Assembly: GCA_963782695.1 (NCBI GenBank)
Contig: CAWAKY010000011.1
Location: 6,668-70,667, forward strand
DNA from: an uncultured Actinomycetota bacterium
GTDB taxonomy: Bacteria > Actinomycetota > Actinomycetes > Actinomycetales > Dermatophilaceae
DNA: 64,000 nt
Direction of reading: 5' to 3'
Positions 1-11,294 of this stretch are shown one piece after another. Under the pieces are notes generated by a model, which saw nothing but the letters and a program-made list of their open reading frames with translations, did no database searches and had not been told where the DNA came from. How positions within the stretch are numbered: the first letter of the stretch is position 1; each line of letters starts with the position of its first letter. Made by a program: the position numbers and the translations under genes.

Positions 1-472
1 GCGGAAGGCGAGCTCCTCCACCAGGGCGGCGAGGGTCCAGCTGAGCGCGACGAAAGCAGCAGTCGCGGCAGGTCGCCCTCGAGGTCGGCGAACTCGCTGG
101 TGTCCTGGGTCGACCCGGTGAGGTGCTCGGTCACCGGCATGACGAGCAGGAAGACCAGCGTGGTCCAGCCCAGCGCCAGGGCCGCGACCTGCGCCAGCTG
201 CCGGCCGGGGCGGCTGAGCCGGTGGAAGCCCAGGGTGCTCGGGCCCTCCCGGCGCACCGCGAGCGACACGCCCGCCAGCACGGTGAGCACGACGGCGGGC
301 AGGAGGAGGTCGAACAGCACCGCCGTGACGGCCAGCGCCACCTCGACGACGGTGAGGGCGGTCCAGGCCGGGCCGCGGCGGCGCCCTCCCGGTCCGGGGG
401 CCCGGCCGCCCCGCCAGTCGCGCCCGTCCCGCGGGACGGCGCTGCGCCGGTGGGGACGGGCCGGGTCGTCAT
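1..472 (-). CDS. CPBP family intramembrane glutamic endopeptidase (CAAX protease/Abi); runs off the window edge, frameshifted
   Basis: Reconstructed minus-strand translation is hydrophobic (ALTVVEVALAVTAVLFDLLLPAVVL...) and ends at ...LAALVEELAFR, the EExxFR motif of CPBP proteins. Confidence 0.75.
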
Positions 473-714
473 GCCGACACCCGCTCCCCGAGCCCGCGGA
501 ACATCCCGCGGGTCATCACGTGGTCGGCGGGCACGATCGCCGACGGCTGCGCGATCAGGTCGTCACCGGGCAGGGCGCGTTCTCGCTCCTGCGCCGTCGA
601 ACCGGACGTCGAACCCAGGCGGTGGAGCACCGCATAGGCGCCGATCGTGGCAGCCGTCGCGGTGACACCACCGGTGACCAGGGGGCGGGGGTGCGGGCGG
701 GCGCGGACAGCCAT
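469..714 (-). CDS. Small hypothetical protein resembling the joined N- and C-terminal ends of an actinobacterial SRPBCC-like family
   Basis: 81-aa ORF with GSTAQERERALPGDDLI and DHVMTRGMFRGLGERV; its stop overlaps the start of the CPBP gene. Confidence 0.5.
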   Translation of the reverse strand: MAVRARPHPRPLVTGGVTATAATIGAYAVLHRLGSTSGSTAQERERALPGDDLIAQPSAIVPADHVMTRGMFRGLGERVSA

Positions 715-823
715 GATGACCTCGAGCGGTGCTGCGGTGGTTCCTCACCCCGATGGTCGCGCCGGTGACCGGGGTCGCTGAAAGGGCCCGGGGTGGAGAC
801 CTTGGTCACCGCCCCGTCGCGGG

Positions 824-2069
824 TCAGATGTCGAGGGGCAGGGTGAGCGCGCCGCCGCAGTGGTAGACGTCGGGGCGGCCCGGCCAGACCTTGTCGCCCT
901 GGCGCATGTCGTCGTCGAGCTCGTTGCGCCAGGTGCCGCGCTCGTCGATGAACCAGCGGGCCGCGTGGTCCCAGAGCCGGCGGTACCAGTGCTCCCAGTG
1001 CGGGTCGCCGGTGAGCCGCAGCAGCACCGCCGTGGTCTGGATGCCCTCGCAGACCGGCCAGTGCAGGCGCACGTCGGCCACGGGCGCGCCGTCCCAGTCG
1101 ACGGTGTAGACCAGCCCGGGCCGGCCGTCGAGCGCCCAGCCGCCGTCGAGCGCGCGGCGGGTCAGCCCGTCGGCGGCCTCGACCAGCCACGACGGCGACC
1201 CCACCAGCGGCGAGGCGTCGAGCTGGAGGAGGAAGCGCGACCACTCCAGGGAGTGGCCGAAGGTCGCACCGTAGGGGCGGAACGGGTGCAGCGGCTCGTC
1301 GCGGTTGTACTCCGGGCAGCACCTGCCAGTCGGCCGTGAAGTGCTCGGGCAGCAGCCAACCCCGTTCGCGCGCAGCGACGTTGATCAGGCGGTCGGCGAT
1401 CGCCAGGCCCCGCTCGTGCCACACGGCATCCCCGGTGGCGTGGCCCATGGCGATGAACGCCTCGAGGCCGTGCATGTTGGCGTTGGCGCCGCGGTAGTCC
1501 TCGGAGTCGGACCAGTCCGGGGCGAACGACTCGAGCAGCGCCTGGGCGTCCGGGTCCCAGAGGCGCGTGTCGACGACCTCGACGACCTGCGCCAGCAGTG
1601 CCGCGGCCGCCGGGTGCCCGACGCCGAGGGCACTCGAGGCGGCGAGGCCGACGTGCACGTGGTCGTAGGTCATCTTGCGGGTCACCGTGCCCGGCTCGCT
1701 GAGCCAGCCACCGTGCTCGGTGTCGGCGTGCAGACCGGTGAGGGACGACATCGCGTGGTCGAGCAGCTCACCCGAGCCCGGCACGCCGTGCCGCACACCG
1801 AGGGCCGCGGTGTACGCCATCCGGGCGGTGAGGAAGAGCTGCGGGCGACGGCCCGGCATCGGCGACCCGTCGGCGGCCTGGTAGGCGAACCCGCCGCCGG
1901 GGAGGATCGAGCCGAGCGCGAAGGTGATGACGTCGGCGAGGCCGGCGTGCAGCCAGGCCCGGTGGCCGGGCTCGTCGAGCCAGGACCGCTGGGCGGCCAG
2001 CACGGCATCACCTCGTGACTCGTCGTTGGTGGTCACCGATCCGACACCCGCAGAACGAATCTCGCTCAC
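824..2069 (-). CDS. AGE-family epimerase/isomerase (N-acylglucosamine 2-epimerase / YihS-like), frameshift near 1325
   Basis: Motifs YRGANANMHGLEA, WLLPEHF, RLHWPVCEG and RPDVYH across two frames. Confidence 0.9.
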
Positions 2070-2902
2070 AACGGTTGCACCTCCACTCGATAGCTCGTCG
2101 TGTGCGACTCACCGGGCTCGAGCGCCACGGCGTGCTCGAAGGCGTTCGCGCCCTCGATGCAGACGAAGCGCTGCCAGTCGTCGTCACCGATGTCCGGCAC
2201 CTCCGCGGCCTTGGCGGCCCAGGGGTTCCACACCACGACGTCGGCGGCCCCCTCGGTGGTCACGACCAGCCGGCGCCCGAGCGCGGGGTCGTGCAGGGTC
2301 ACCGGGTCGCTGGTGCGGAACACGGCATCCGTCTCGCCGGCGAAGGTGAGGTCGCCCTGCTGCACCCGCTCGGTGCCGGTCACCTTGTCGAAGAACGACG
2401 TGCCGTCGAGGCCGGTGACGGCCGCCCGGTGGACGTCGCCGACGACGAGGTAGGCGTGCAGGGCCTCCTCGTAGTCGAAGGCCGTGTCACCGGTGTTCGT
2501 CGTCGTGAGCGACACCTCGAGCGCGCGGCCGAAGCGGGCGCGCAGCTCGGCGGCGTAGGGGTACGGCCAGTGCGGGGACGACGCCTCGTCGGAGGTGATC
2601 CGGTAGACCACGGTCGTCTCGTCGTCGTCGCCGGCCACCTCGACGAGGTCCCACGGGGCCGTGCGCACGAACCCGTGCATGGGCTCCATCCCGGCGGCGC
2701 GACCCGGCCCGAACCACGGCCAGCAGACCGGCACCCCGGCCCGGATCGAGCGCCCCGCCGCCAGCCGGAGGTCGGTGCTGACGTAGAGCACCGGGTCGGA
2801 GCCGACGGGGGCCCAGCGGGTCACCTGGGCGCCCTGGTCGTACACCTCGCCCGTGCACGCGTCGTTGTCGACGGTGCGCGGCGGCGGGAGGGTCTCGGTC
2901 AT
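2066..2902 (-). CDS. D-hexose-6-phosphate mutarotase (YeaD / aldose 1-epimerase family)
   Basis: IRAGVPVCWPWFG, HGFVR, ALHAY, VVWNPW and FVCIE motifs; intact 278-aa ORF. Confidence 0.92.
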   Translation of the reverse strand: MTETLPPPRTVDNDACTGEVYDQGAQVTRWAPVGSDPVLYVSTDLRLAAGRSIRAGVPVCWPWFGPGRAAGMEPMHGFVRTAPWDLVEVAGDDDETTVVYRITSDEASSPHWPYPYAAELRARFGRALEVSLTTTNTGDTAFDYEEALHAYLVVGDVHRAAVTGLDGTSFFDKVTGTERVQQGDLTFAGETDAVFRTSDPVTLHDPALGRRLVVTTEGAADVVVWNPWAAKAAEVPDIGDDDWQRFVCIEGANAFEHAVALEPGESHTTSYRVEVQPL

Positions 2903-2972
2903 GGTTCCAACCTAGGGATGCCGGGGGCCCGCCCACCAGCGGGGTCACCTGTCGGATTCCCCGGCCGCCCGT

Positions 2973-4021
2973 CAGGTCGACGCCGACTCCGGCTCCTTCG
3001 CGGGCTCGCGGCTCGGCCAGGCGGGCGTCGCGCCGGTTCGCCAGCACGCTCGTCGTGGTGGCCAGCGCCAGGATGCCGACGATGACGCCGAGCGAGGCGA
3101 GGGTGGGCACCTCCGGCACGCCCGGCCAGACGCCGTGCGCCCAGTGCAGCACCAGCTTCACGCCGATGAAGGCGAGGATCGCGGCGAGGCCGTGGCCGAG
3201 GTGGCGCAGCGACCCCAGCGCGCCCTCGACGACGAAGTAGAGCGCCCGCAGGCCGAGCAGCGCGAAGGCGTTGGTCGCGAAGACGAGGTACGGGTCGCCG
3301 GTGATGCCGTAGACGGCGGGGACCGAGTCGATCGCGAAGACCACGTCGGTGCCGAGGATGGCCACGGTGACCAGCGCCAGCGGGGTCAGGGCCCGACGAC
3401 CGGCCTGGCGCGCCGTCATCCGGGTGCCGTCGTACGACTCGGTGACCGGCCAGAGGCGGCGCAGCACCCGCACCGTGCGGATCGAGCCGATGTCGACGGT
3501 GTGCTCGGCGTGGCGACAGGGCGTCGCGGCCCACCTTGACGGCGGTCGACGAGCAGCACCGCGCCGAAGAGCAGGAACGCCCACGAGAACGACGAGATCA
3601 GCTGGGCGCCGAGGGCGATGAACACCCCGCGCAGCACGAGCGCGCCGGCGACGCCGATGAGCAGCACCCGCTGCTGCAGCTCGCGGGGCACCGCGAAGGC
3701 GGTCAGCAGCAGGAGGAAGACGAACAGGTTGTCGACCGACAGCGACTTCTCGACGAGGTAGCCGGTGTAGTACTCCAGGCCGCGGTCACCGCCGTACTGC
3801 TGCCAGATCCAGACCCCGAAGCCGAGCGGGATGGCGACGTAGAACGCCGACCACCCGACGGCCTCCTTCATCGAGACCTCGTGCGGCCGGCGGGTGATCA
3901 GGAAGTCGACGACGAACAGCACCGCGATGGCACCGATGGTGATCGCCCACAGTGCGGGGGTGCCGATCGACGGATGGGTCGCGGCCGGTTCGGCGGCGGC
4001 GAGCAGGGACACGGGGGACAT
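2973..4021 (-). CDS. TerC/Alx family metal-homeostasis membrane protein (frameshifted; 3' end approximate)
   Basis: YLVEKSLSVDNLFVF, DVVFAIDSVPA and NAFALLGLRALYF TerC motifs; GAGGAG RBS upstream of the ATG at 4021. Confidence 0.92.
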
Positions 4022-4050
4022 GGGTCTCCTCAAGACAGGACTGCGGTCTT

Positions 4051-4148
4051 GAGGTCTCCTTCACCGCCCGGATGCCGGGTGGCGCCGTACCGGGTCCGCC
4101 GTGGGGCGGACGTACTGACCGGCACGAGCTTGGGAAGTACTCCCCTCG
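4051..4148 (-). ncRNA. yybP-ykoY manganese-sensing riboswitch
   Basis: Minus strand reads GAGGGGAGUAC...GGUCAGUAC...GAGACCUC, the conserved yybP-ykoY blocks, directly 5' of a TerC/Alx gene (the canonical association). Confidence 0.88.
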
Positions 4149-4255
4149 TGCCGACGAGTCTAGGCAACGAACGGTGAATTACCCAAGCGGAGGTGTGGAA
4201 ACTCGCCCAACCCTCGACACGGCATCCGGGATGGGCGTCGGATGCGCGCACCTTC

Positions 4256-4333
4256 GTGCGGGAACCTTCACCTTCGCAAGGGAACGGAACCGGTCGAAGG
4301 TGAGCTTTCCCGCACCGGGCGAGAAAGTTGGGA
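4256..4333. repeat. Long imperfect palindromic intergenic repeat, family A, copy 1
   Basis: GCGGGAACCTTCACCTTCG...CGAAGGTGAGCTTTCCCGC...GGGCGAGAAAGTTGGGA; shares blocks with 16074-16168. Confidence 0.8.
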
Positions 4334-4339
4334 CGTGGG

Positions 4340-5710
4340 TCAGCGCTTGGTGGCCTCGAGCCGCTCCAGCGCCTCGACCCGCTCGGCCGCGTGGTCGACG
4401 ATCCGCTCGGGGTAGCCGTGCGCGTACCCGTCGGCGGCGTCCCACGGCTCGTGGGCCGCTCGCCCCCGCGAGGTGCGCCAGCTCGGGCACCCAGCGCCGC
4501 ACGTAGGCGCCGTCGGGGTCGAAGCGCAGCCCCTGGGTGACCGGGTTGAACACCCGGAAGTACGGCGAGGCGTCGGTGCCGGTACCGGCCACCCACTGCC
4601 AGCCGTGGTTGTTCGAGGCGATGTCGCCGTCGACGAGGTGGTCGAGGAAGTGCCGCGCCCCGACCGGCCACCACACGTGCAGGTCCTTGGTGAGGAAGCT
4701 GCCGGTGATCATCCGCACCCGGTTGTGCATCCAGCCCTGCGCGAGCAGCTGGCGCATCCCGGCGTCGACGATCGGGTAGCCGGTGCGGCCGGCCTTCCAC
4801 GCCTCGATGGCGTCCTCGGGCTCGTCGTAGCGCATCCGCGACATCTCCGGCCGCAGGTCCGACCACGCCGTGCGGGGCTGGTGCCACAGCACGTCGGCGT
4901 AGAACTCGCGCCAGGCCAGCTCGTTCTCGTAGGTGTGCGCGCCCGTGCCGCGCTCCCCCGCGAGGTCGGCCAGCAGCGTGCGCGGGTGCACGACACCGAG
5001 CTTGAGGTAGGGCGAGAGCCGGGACGTGCCGTCGAGGTCGGGGCGGTTGCGGTCGTCGGAGTAGCCGGTGAGGGCGCCGTCGCGGAACTCCCGCCACCGC
5101 GCCAGGGCGGCCTCCTCACCCGCGGGCGGCAGCTCGGGGAGGTCGGGGGCGGCCAGGGCGGCCCGCACCGCGGCCGTCGCGTCGGCGTCGTTGCGGGCGT
5201 GCCGCAGCGGCAGCTCGCGCGGCGTCGGGGCGGGGTCGGGCCAGCCGTGCGCCCGCCACGCCTTGGAGAACGGGGTGAAGACCTTGTACGGGTCACCCGA
5301 GCCGTTGACGACCAGACCCGGGCCCGACGGCATACGGCGTGCCGGTCTCGACCCACTCGATGCCGTTCTCCCCCAGCCGTGCTGCGACGGCCTCGTCGCG
5401 GCGGCGGCCGGCCGGGGTCGGTCTCGCGCGACACGTGCACCGACGACGCCCCCACCCGGGCCGCGAGGTCGGGCACGACCTGACGAGGGTCGCCGTGCAG
5501 CAGGGTCAGCGCGCCGTCGAAGGCGTCGTTCGTCGCCTCGAGCGTGGCGGCCAGCCAGGCCCGGCGCGCCGCGCCGCCGCCGTCCCACAGCCGCGGGTCG
5601 ACGACGAAGGCGACGACGAGGTCGCCGTCGCCGGCGGCGTCGCGGGCGGCGAGCAGCGCGGGGTGGTCGCGACGGCGCAGGTCGCGGCGCAGCCAGAGCA
5701 CGGAGGTCAT
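4340..5710 (-). CDS. phrB: Deoxyribodipyrimidine photolyase (class I CPD photolyase), frameshifted
   Basis: WLRRDLR start, YKVFTPF, GTSRLSPYLKLG, LAWREFY, GRTGYPIVDAGMRQL, WMHNRVRMI and YFRVFNP. Confidence 0.95.
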
Positions 5711-5720
5711 CGGGCCGCCC

Positions 5721-6445
5721 TCACGACAGCCGGTCCAGGACCGGGGGCAGCAGGAACAGCATGCCCAGCGACCAGGTCAGGTGGGTGATCGCCGGGCCGA
5801 GGATGCCGCCGGTCACCCGCCGCTGGAAGGCCACGACCAGCCCGACGAGGGCGGCGGCGAAGACGAGCAGCGGGATGCCGGACGTCGCCGTGACCAGCGT
5901 GTAGACGACCGTCGTGATCGGCCACGGCGTGCCGGCGGCCGACCGCGGCGTAGAGCGCCCCGCGGAAGTACAGCTCCTCGGCGATGCCGTTGACGATGGT
6001 GATCACCGTGACGAGCGCGAGGGAGCCGAACCGGGCGTGGTCGAGCAGCTCCTGCACCGGGTCGCGCAGGAACGGGATCTGCGCGACCACGACGGCACCG
6101 ACCATGAACAGCCCGAGCAGCAGGGCCCCGAGGGCGAGCGACTGCACGACCGCCCGGCTGGACTCCCCGCCGTCGCGGGTGTGGGCGTGGCCGAGGTGGA
6201 GCGGGCCGCGACAGGAAGGCACCGCCGGCCCACACCCCGGCCAGGGCGAAGGTCGCGACGTAGAACGTCGGGTCGCCGGGCTCGATGCGCAGCGCCCAGG
6301 CGAGCACCACGGCGCCGACGAGCAGGGTGACGGCCGCGACGACCCGGCGCCGGTGGAACGCCGAGTCCGGCTCGGTGTGGTCGCGGGGAACCGGGTCGAC
6401 GAGGGCGGCGCGCACGAAGGCGCGCAGCTCGGTGACCGGGTTCAT
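5721..6445 (-). CDS. CPBP family intramembrane metalloprotease, frameshifted
   Basis: Hydrophobic protein with NGIAEELYFRGALY and a C-terminal ITHLTWS. Confidence 0.85.
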
Positions 6446-6459
6446 CGGGCGGCTTCGGC

Positions 6460-7475
6460 TCACGACCCGCCGCTCCCGCGACCGCCGGCCCACGCGGGGT
6501 CGGCGCTCGTGACGTGGGCCGGGTCGACGGTGCCCGGCTCCGGGCGGGGGTGCACGTCGTCGCCGGCGATGGCGTCGGCCACGGCACGGTCGAAGGGCAG
6601 CGGCCCCTGCGGCGGCGGCCCGACCAGGTCGTCGAGGTCGTGCTCGGCGCAGACCACCTCGTGCAGCAGGCTGCCGACGAGCGGCTTGGCGACGCCGGTC
6701 GGCACCGGGGTGACGAACCCGACCCACTGGCTGGCGAGGTACGGGGTGAGCACCGGCACGGTGACGATGCGGCGCGACATCAGCCCGGCGACCTTCGCGA
6801 AGCGCTGGATCATCTCGCGGTAGGTGAGCACCTCGGGCCCGCCGATGTCGAAGGTGCGGTTGACCTCCGGCGGCAGGTCGGCGGCGCGCACGAGGTAGTG
6901 CAGCACGTCGCGCACGGCGATCGGCTGGATCCGGTTGTCGAGCCACTTCGGCGTGATCATCACCGGCAGCCGGGTGGTGAGGTGGCGCAGCATCTCGAAC
7001 GACGCCGACCCCGAGCCGAGGATGATCGCCGCCTGGAGCACCGCCGTGGGCACCCCGCTGGCCATCAGCAGGTCGCCGACCTCGACCCGCGAGGCCAGGT
7101 GGTCGCTCAGCGGCGCCGTGGTCGGGGTGCAGCCCGGAGAGGTAGACGATGCGCCCGACGCCGGCCTCGTAGGCGGCCAGCCCGAAGGCCCGGGCGAGCT
7201 CGCGGTCGCGCTCGACGAAGTTGCCGGCGCCGTCCATCGAGTGCAGGAAGTAGTAGGCGACGTCGACGCCCTCGAGCGCCGTCGGCCAGGGTGTCGGCGG
7301 AGCTCGCGTCGCCCTCGACGACCTCGACCTGGTCGCGCCACCACCGGTCGGCCACCTTGGCGTCGTCACGGGTCAGGGCCCGCACCTGCCACCCCTCCTC
7401 GAGGAGGCGGGGGACGAGGCGCGAGCCGATGTACCCGGTGACGCCGGTGACCAGGGCCCGGCGGGGCTGGGTCAC
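6460..7475 (-). CDS. NAD(P)H-binding atypical SDR (YbjT-like)
   Basis: ALVTGVTGYIGSRL Rossmann motif, HLASRVEVG, GSGSASFEMLRHL and IQPIAVRDVL. Confidence 0.9.
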
Positions 7476-7905
7476 AGGCGGTCCAGCGCCGTGGCGAGCT
7501 GGGCGGCGGTCTTGTCGCCGAGGCGGTCCAGGAGCGGCTTCATCAGCGGGCCGGCGAACCGGGCCAGCCCGGTGAAGGTGAAGTCGGCGCGGTAGACGAC
7601 CGTCGAGCCGCCGTCGTTCGGGGTCACCGTGATGGTGTCGTGGCTCGTCGTGGTGTCGTTGCGCCCCACGATGACGAAGCGCGGCTGCTCCACGGCATCC
7701 ACCGTGTACTCGAGCTCGACGGTGTTGCCGACGAAGGTCGAGACGTTCTTGTAGACGGTGCCCGGGGCCACCGTCACCGGAGACCAGCTCGCACGAGTCG
7801 GTGCCGGAGTCCCACTCCGTGGCGTTGCGGAAGTCGGCGAGGTACGGGAACACCTTCTCGGGTGGGGCAGGTGGTCGTCACGGTGCGCTCGATGGTCGTG
7901 CTCAT
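7472..7905 (-). CDS. SRPBCC/START-like (polyketide cyclase) family protein
   Basis: VFPYLADFRNATEWD N-terminus and a C-terminal helix; about 145 aa; overlaps both neighbours by 4 nt. Confidence 0.8.
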
Positions 7906-9152
7906 CGGCTGTCCTTTCGGGCGAGTCGGATCTGGGCGACGTCGAGGTAGTGCGTGGCGAACCCCGCCTCACAGTAGGCGAGGTAGAACTCCCACATCCG
8001 GCGGAAGGTCTCGTCGAAGCCCTGGCTGTTGATGCTCGGCCACTGCTCGAGGAAGGTCTCGCGCCAGCGGCGCAGCGTCTCGGCGTAGTCGGCGCCGAAG
8101 GCCTGCACCCGCTCTACCCGCAGGTCGGTGCTGTCACGCGTCACCTCGTGGATCGCCTGCAGCGAGGGGATCAGGCCGCCGGGGAAGATGTACTTCTGGA
8201 TCCAGCCGAACGAGCCGCGCGTCGCGATCAGCCGGTGGTGCTCCATCAGGATGGCCTGGATGGCGACCGCGCCGCCGGGGGCGAGCAGGTCGTCGATGCG
8301 GCGGAAGTAGGTCTCCCAGTACTCCTCGCCGACGGCCTCGATCATCTCGACGCTCACGATGGCGTCGAACTCGCCGGTGACCTCGCGGTAGTCCTGCAGG
8401 CGCACCTCGACGCGGTCGGCGACACCGGCCTCGGCGATCCGCTTCATCGCCAGGTCGCGCTGCTCGGCCGACAGGGTCACCGAGGTGACGGTGGCGCCAC
8501 GACGGGCGGCGCGGATCGCGAGCTCGCCCCAGCCGGTGCCGATCTCGAGCACCCGGCTGCCCGGGCGCACGCCGGCGGCGTCGAGGATGCCGTCGACCTT
8601 GCGCAGCTGCGCCTCGTGCAGGTCCTGCTCGGCGAGCGGGCGGGTGGGGTCGAACAGCGCCGAGCTGTAGGACATCGACGGGTCGAGGAAGGCGGCGAAC
8701 AGCTCGTTGCTCAGGTCGTAGTGCGCGCTGATGTTGCTGCGCGAGCCCTCGAGGGTGTTGCGCTGCTGGCGCGGGATGGCCCGGTCGACCAGGCCGCGCA
8801 GCGACAGCAGCGGCTTGGGCACCAGCCGCCCCATCCGGGCCGCGAACGGCATCAGCGCCTCGGCCAGGTCGGTGCCGGGGGCGGCCCGCCAGTCGCCGGC
8901 CATGTAGGCCTCGCCGAGCCCGATCTTCGGGTGGGCCTCGAGCCGGCGGTAGAGCGCGTCCGGGCGGACCACCTCGAGCACCGGCGAGTCCGGGCCGCCG
9001 CCACCGACCTCGGTGCCGTCGGGGTAGCGCAGGCGCACCGGCATCCCGGCGACCGTGGCGTGCACGATCTTCTTCGCCACCGACCCACGGGTCAGCACGC
9101 GGGACAGGTGCAGGGGCGGGGTCAGCTCGAGGCGGGGGGCGTCGGCGGTCAT
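7902..9152 (-). CDS. Cyclopropane/methyl fatty-acyl-phospholipid synthase (Cfa/UfaA1-like SAM methyltransferase)
   Basis: GLGEAYMAGDW, NISAHYDLSN, MSYSSA, VLEIGTGWG, YIFPGG and WEFYLAYCEAGF. Confidence 0.95.
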   Translation of the reverse strand: MTADAPRLELTPPLHLSRVLTRGSVAKKIVHATVAGMPVRLRYPDGTEVGGGGPDSPVLEVVRPDALYRRLEAHPKIGLGEAYMAGDWRAAPGTDLAEALMPFAARMGRLVPKPLLSLRGLVDRAIPRQQRNTLEGSRSNISAHYDLSNELFAAFLDPSMSYSSALFDPTRPLAEQDLHEAQLRKVDGILDAAGVRPGSRVLEIGTGWGELAIRAARRGATVTSVTLSAEQRDLAMKRIAEAGVADRVEVRLQDYREVTGEFDAIVSVEMIEAVGEEYWETYFRRIDDLLAPGGAVAIQAILMEHHRLIATRGSFGWIQKYIFPGGLIPSLQAIHEVTRDSTDLRVERVQAFGADYAETLRRWRETFLEQWPSINSQGFDETFRRMWEFYLAYCEAGFATHYLDVAQIRLARKDSR

Positions 9153-9905
9153 CTCACGGTCTCCAAGGATGGAACGGGTCGCTGCCGGACGGGCAGGCGG
9201 CGCAGCCAGAGCCAGATGCCGTGCACCCGGATCAGGCCGCTCACCCGCTGCGTCATCAGCGGGTGCCGCGCCACCGTGCGCACCACGGCCGGCGTCGTGG
9301 CCGACCGGGGTGCGCCGGTGACCGATGCGGTCACCAGTGGTTCGTCGCCGACGAGCAGGCGGATGGCCACACCGACCCGCTGCGGGGTCAGGTGGAAGCG
9401 GATGGCGTACTGGCCCTCGACGTCGTTGAACGGCGAGACGAAGAACTCCTTGTCGGTGGCCGCCCGACCGACGTCGTCGGGCCGCAGCACGTAGGCGTGC
9501 CGGCCGCCGTAGGTGTTGTGCACCTCGACGAGCACGGCGCGCAGGGTGCCGTCGGCGGCGAAGCACCAGAAGGCGGTCATCGGGTCGAAGGTGTGGCCCA
9601 GCACCCGGGCCTGGCCGAGCATGACCACGCGGTCGACGTCGCCGGTGTCGACGCCCTCGCGGCGCAGCACCCGCAGCACGTTCGCCTTCAGCGCGCGGGA
9701 TGCCGGGTGCGCCGGCCAGGTGGTCCTCGCCCCGGAACTCGGCGACCGGTCGCAGCCAGCGGGGCAGCTGCGGCATCGCGTCGAGGTCGACGAGCCACTG
9801 GTAGTGCCGGTTGGTGAAGGAGTGCTTGAGCGGGCGGTGGCGCGTGTGGTGGACCTGCCCGACGACGAGGGCGGGCAGGGTGGGCAGGTCGGCGACCGTG
9901 CTCAC
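9149..9905 (-). CDS. DUF1365 family protein, frameshifted
   Basis: HHTRHRPLKHSF, VEVHNTYGGRHAY and KEFFVSPF; standard position between the FAD oxidoreductase and cfa. Confidence 0.9.
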
Positions 9906-11193
9906 CAGTGCACCCCGAAGGCGGCGGCGGCCTCGACCCCCGAGCGGCAGCCGTCCTCGTGGAAGCCCCACCCGTGGTAGGCGCCGGCGAAGCGTCGTCG
10001 TCGGCGTGGTCAGCTCGGGCAGCCGGCGCTGGGCGCGCGACGGCGTCGAGGTCGTAGAGCGGGTGCCGGTACTGCATCGTCGCGACGACGGTGGCGGGGT
10101 CGATGCGGTCGGTGGCGTTGAGCGTCACGTAGAACGGCTCGTCGGCCGGCAGGCCCTGGAGCCGGTTCATCCAGTAGGTGACGATCGCGCCCTGGCGTCG
10201 GGTCGGTGCCGACGAGGTAGTTCCACGACGACCGCGCGAGGCGAGCGCGCGGCATCAGGGAGCCGTCGCGGTGCAGCACGGTCTCGTTCTGCGAGTAGCG
10301 GAACGCGCCGAGCACCTCCTTCTCGGCCGGCGTCGGGTCGGCGAGGATGCCGAGCGCGTCGTCGGCGTGCAGCGCGAGCACGATCCGGTCGAAGGTCTCG
10401 GTGCGCCCCGAGCCGGTGCGCACCTCGACCCCGTCGAGGGTGCGGAGCACGGAGGTGACCGGGTCGCCGGAGCGCACCGCGGGCAGCCGCTCGGCGAGGG
10501 CGTCGACGTAGGTGCGCGAGCCGCCGACGACCGTCATCCACTGCGGTGAGTCGCCGACGGTGAGCATGCCGTGGTGCTCGAGGAAGCGGAACAGGTAGCG
10601 GGCGGGGTAGCCCATCGCCTCGCCGCTGCCGCTCGACCAGACGCAGGCCACGAGGGGCACGGCGTACAGCCGGGTGAACGACTCGGGGAAGCCGCCGTCG
10701 CGGATGAACTCGCCGTAGGTGGTCGTGTCGTCGTCGGTGGTCTGCTCGAGGAAGGCGGTGGCCAGGGCGTGGAAGCGCTTGACCGAGCGCAGCATCCCGA
10801 CGAACTCGCGGTCGAGCAGCTGGCGCGGGCGGGCGACGAAGCCCTTGAGGCCCCGGCCGCCGGCGTACTCGGTGCCGGTCGCCTCGTCGCGGATGCTCAT
10901 CGACATCTCGGTGTCGCGGGCCTGCGACGCCGAGCTCGGCGAACAGCCGGCGCAGCATCGGGTAGGTGCGGTCGTTGTGCACGATGAAGCCGCTGTCGAC
11001 GCGCAGGTCGCCGTGGGCGGTGGCGACGGTGTGGGTGTGCGCGTGGCCGCCGAGCCGGGGCTCGGACTCCAGGAGGGTCACCTCGTGGTCGCGCGCCGAG
11101 CAGGTAGGCGGCGGTGAGGCCGGAGACGCCGGCCCCGACCACGGCGATCCGCTCCGGCCGGCCTGAGGGCACGCGCGGGGCGATAGATGTCAT
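9902..11193 (-). CDS. NAD(P)/FAD-dependent oxidoreductase (Rv0449c/UfaD-like), frameshifted
   Basis: IAVVGAGVSGLTAAY, RLGGHAHT, VDSGFIVHNDRTYP and GAYHGWGFHEDG. Confidence 0.92.
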
Positions 11194-11199
11194 GTCGGT

Positions 11200-11288
11200 C
11201 ACCGTAGAACCTTCCGACTCCGTGTTGTCAAACCTTTGTCTAATCATATGTCGCATGTTTGTCAAAGGTGCGGCCACGGTCTACGGTG
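11200..11288. promoter_or_regulatory. Divergent promoter pair with a CarH/LitR-type direct-repeat operator
   Basis: TGTC at 11226, 11237, 11249 and 11260 (11/12/11-bp period). Minus strand: TTGACA-N19-TACGGT-N7-ATG(11193). Plus strand: TTGTCA-N17-TACGGT-N7-ATG(11295). Confidence 0.75.
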
Positions 11289-11294
11289 GCGTCC

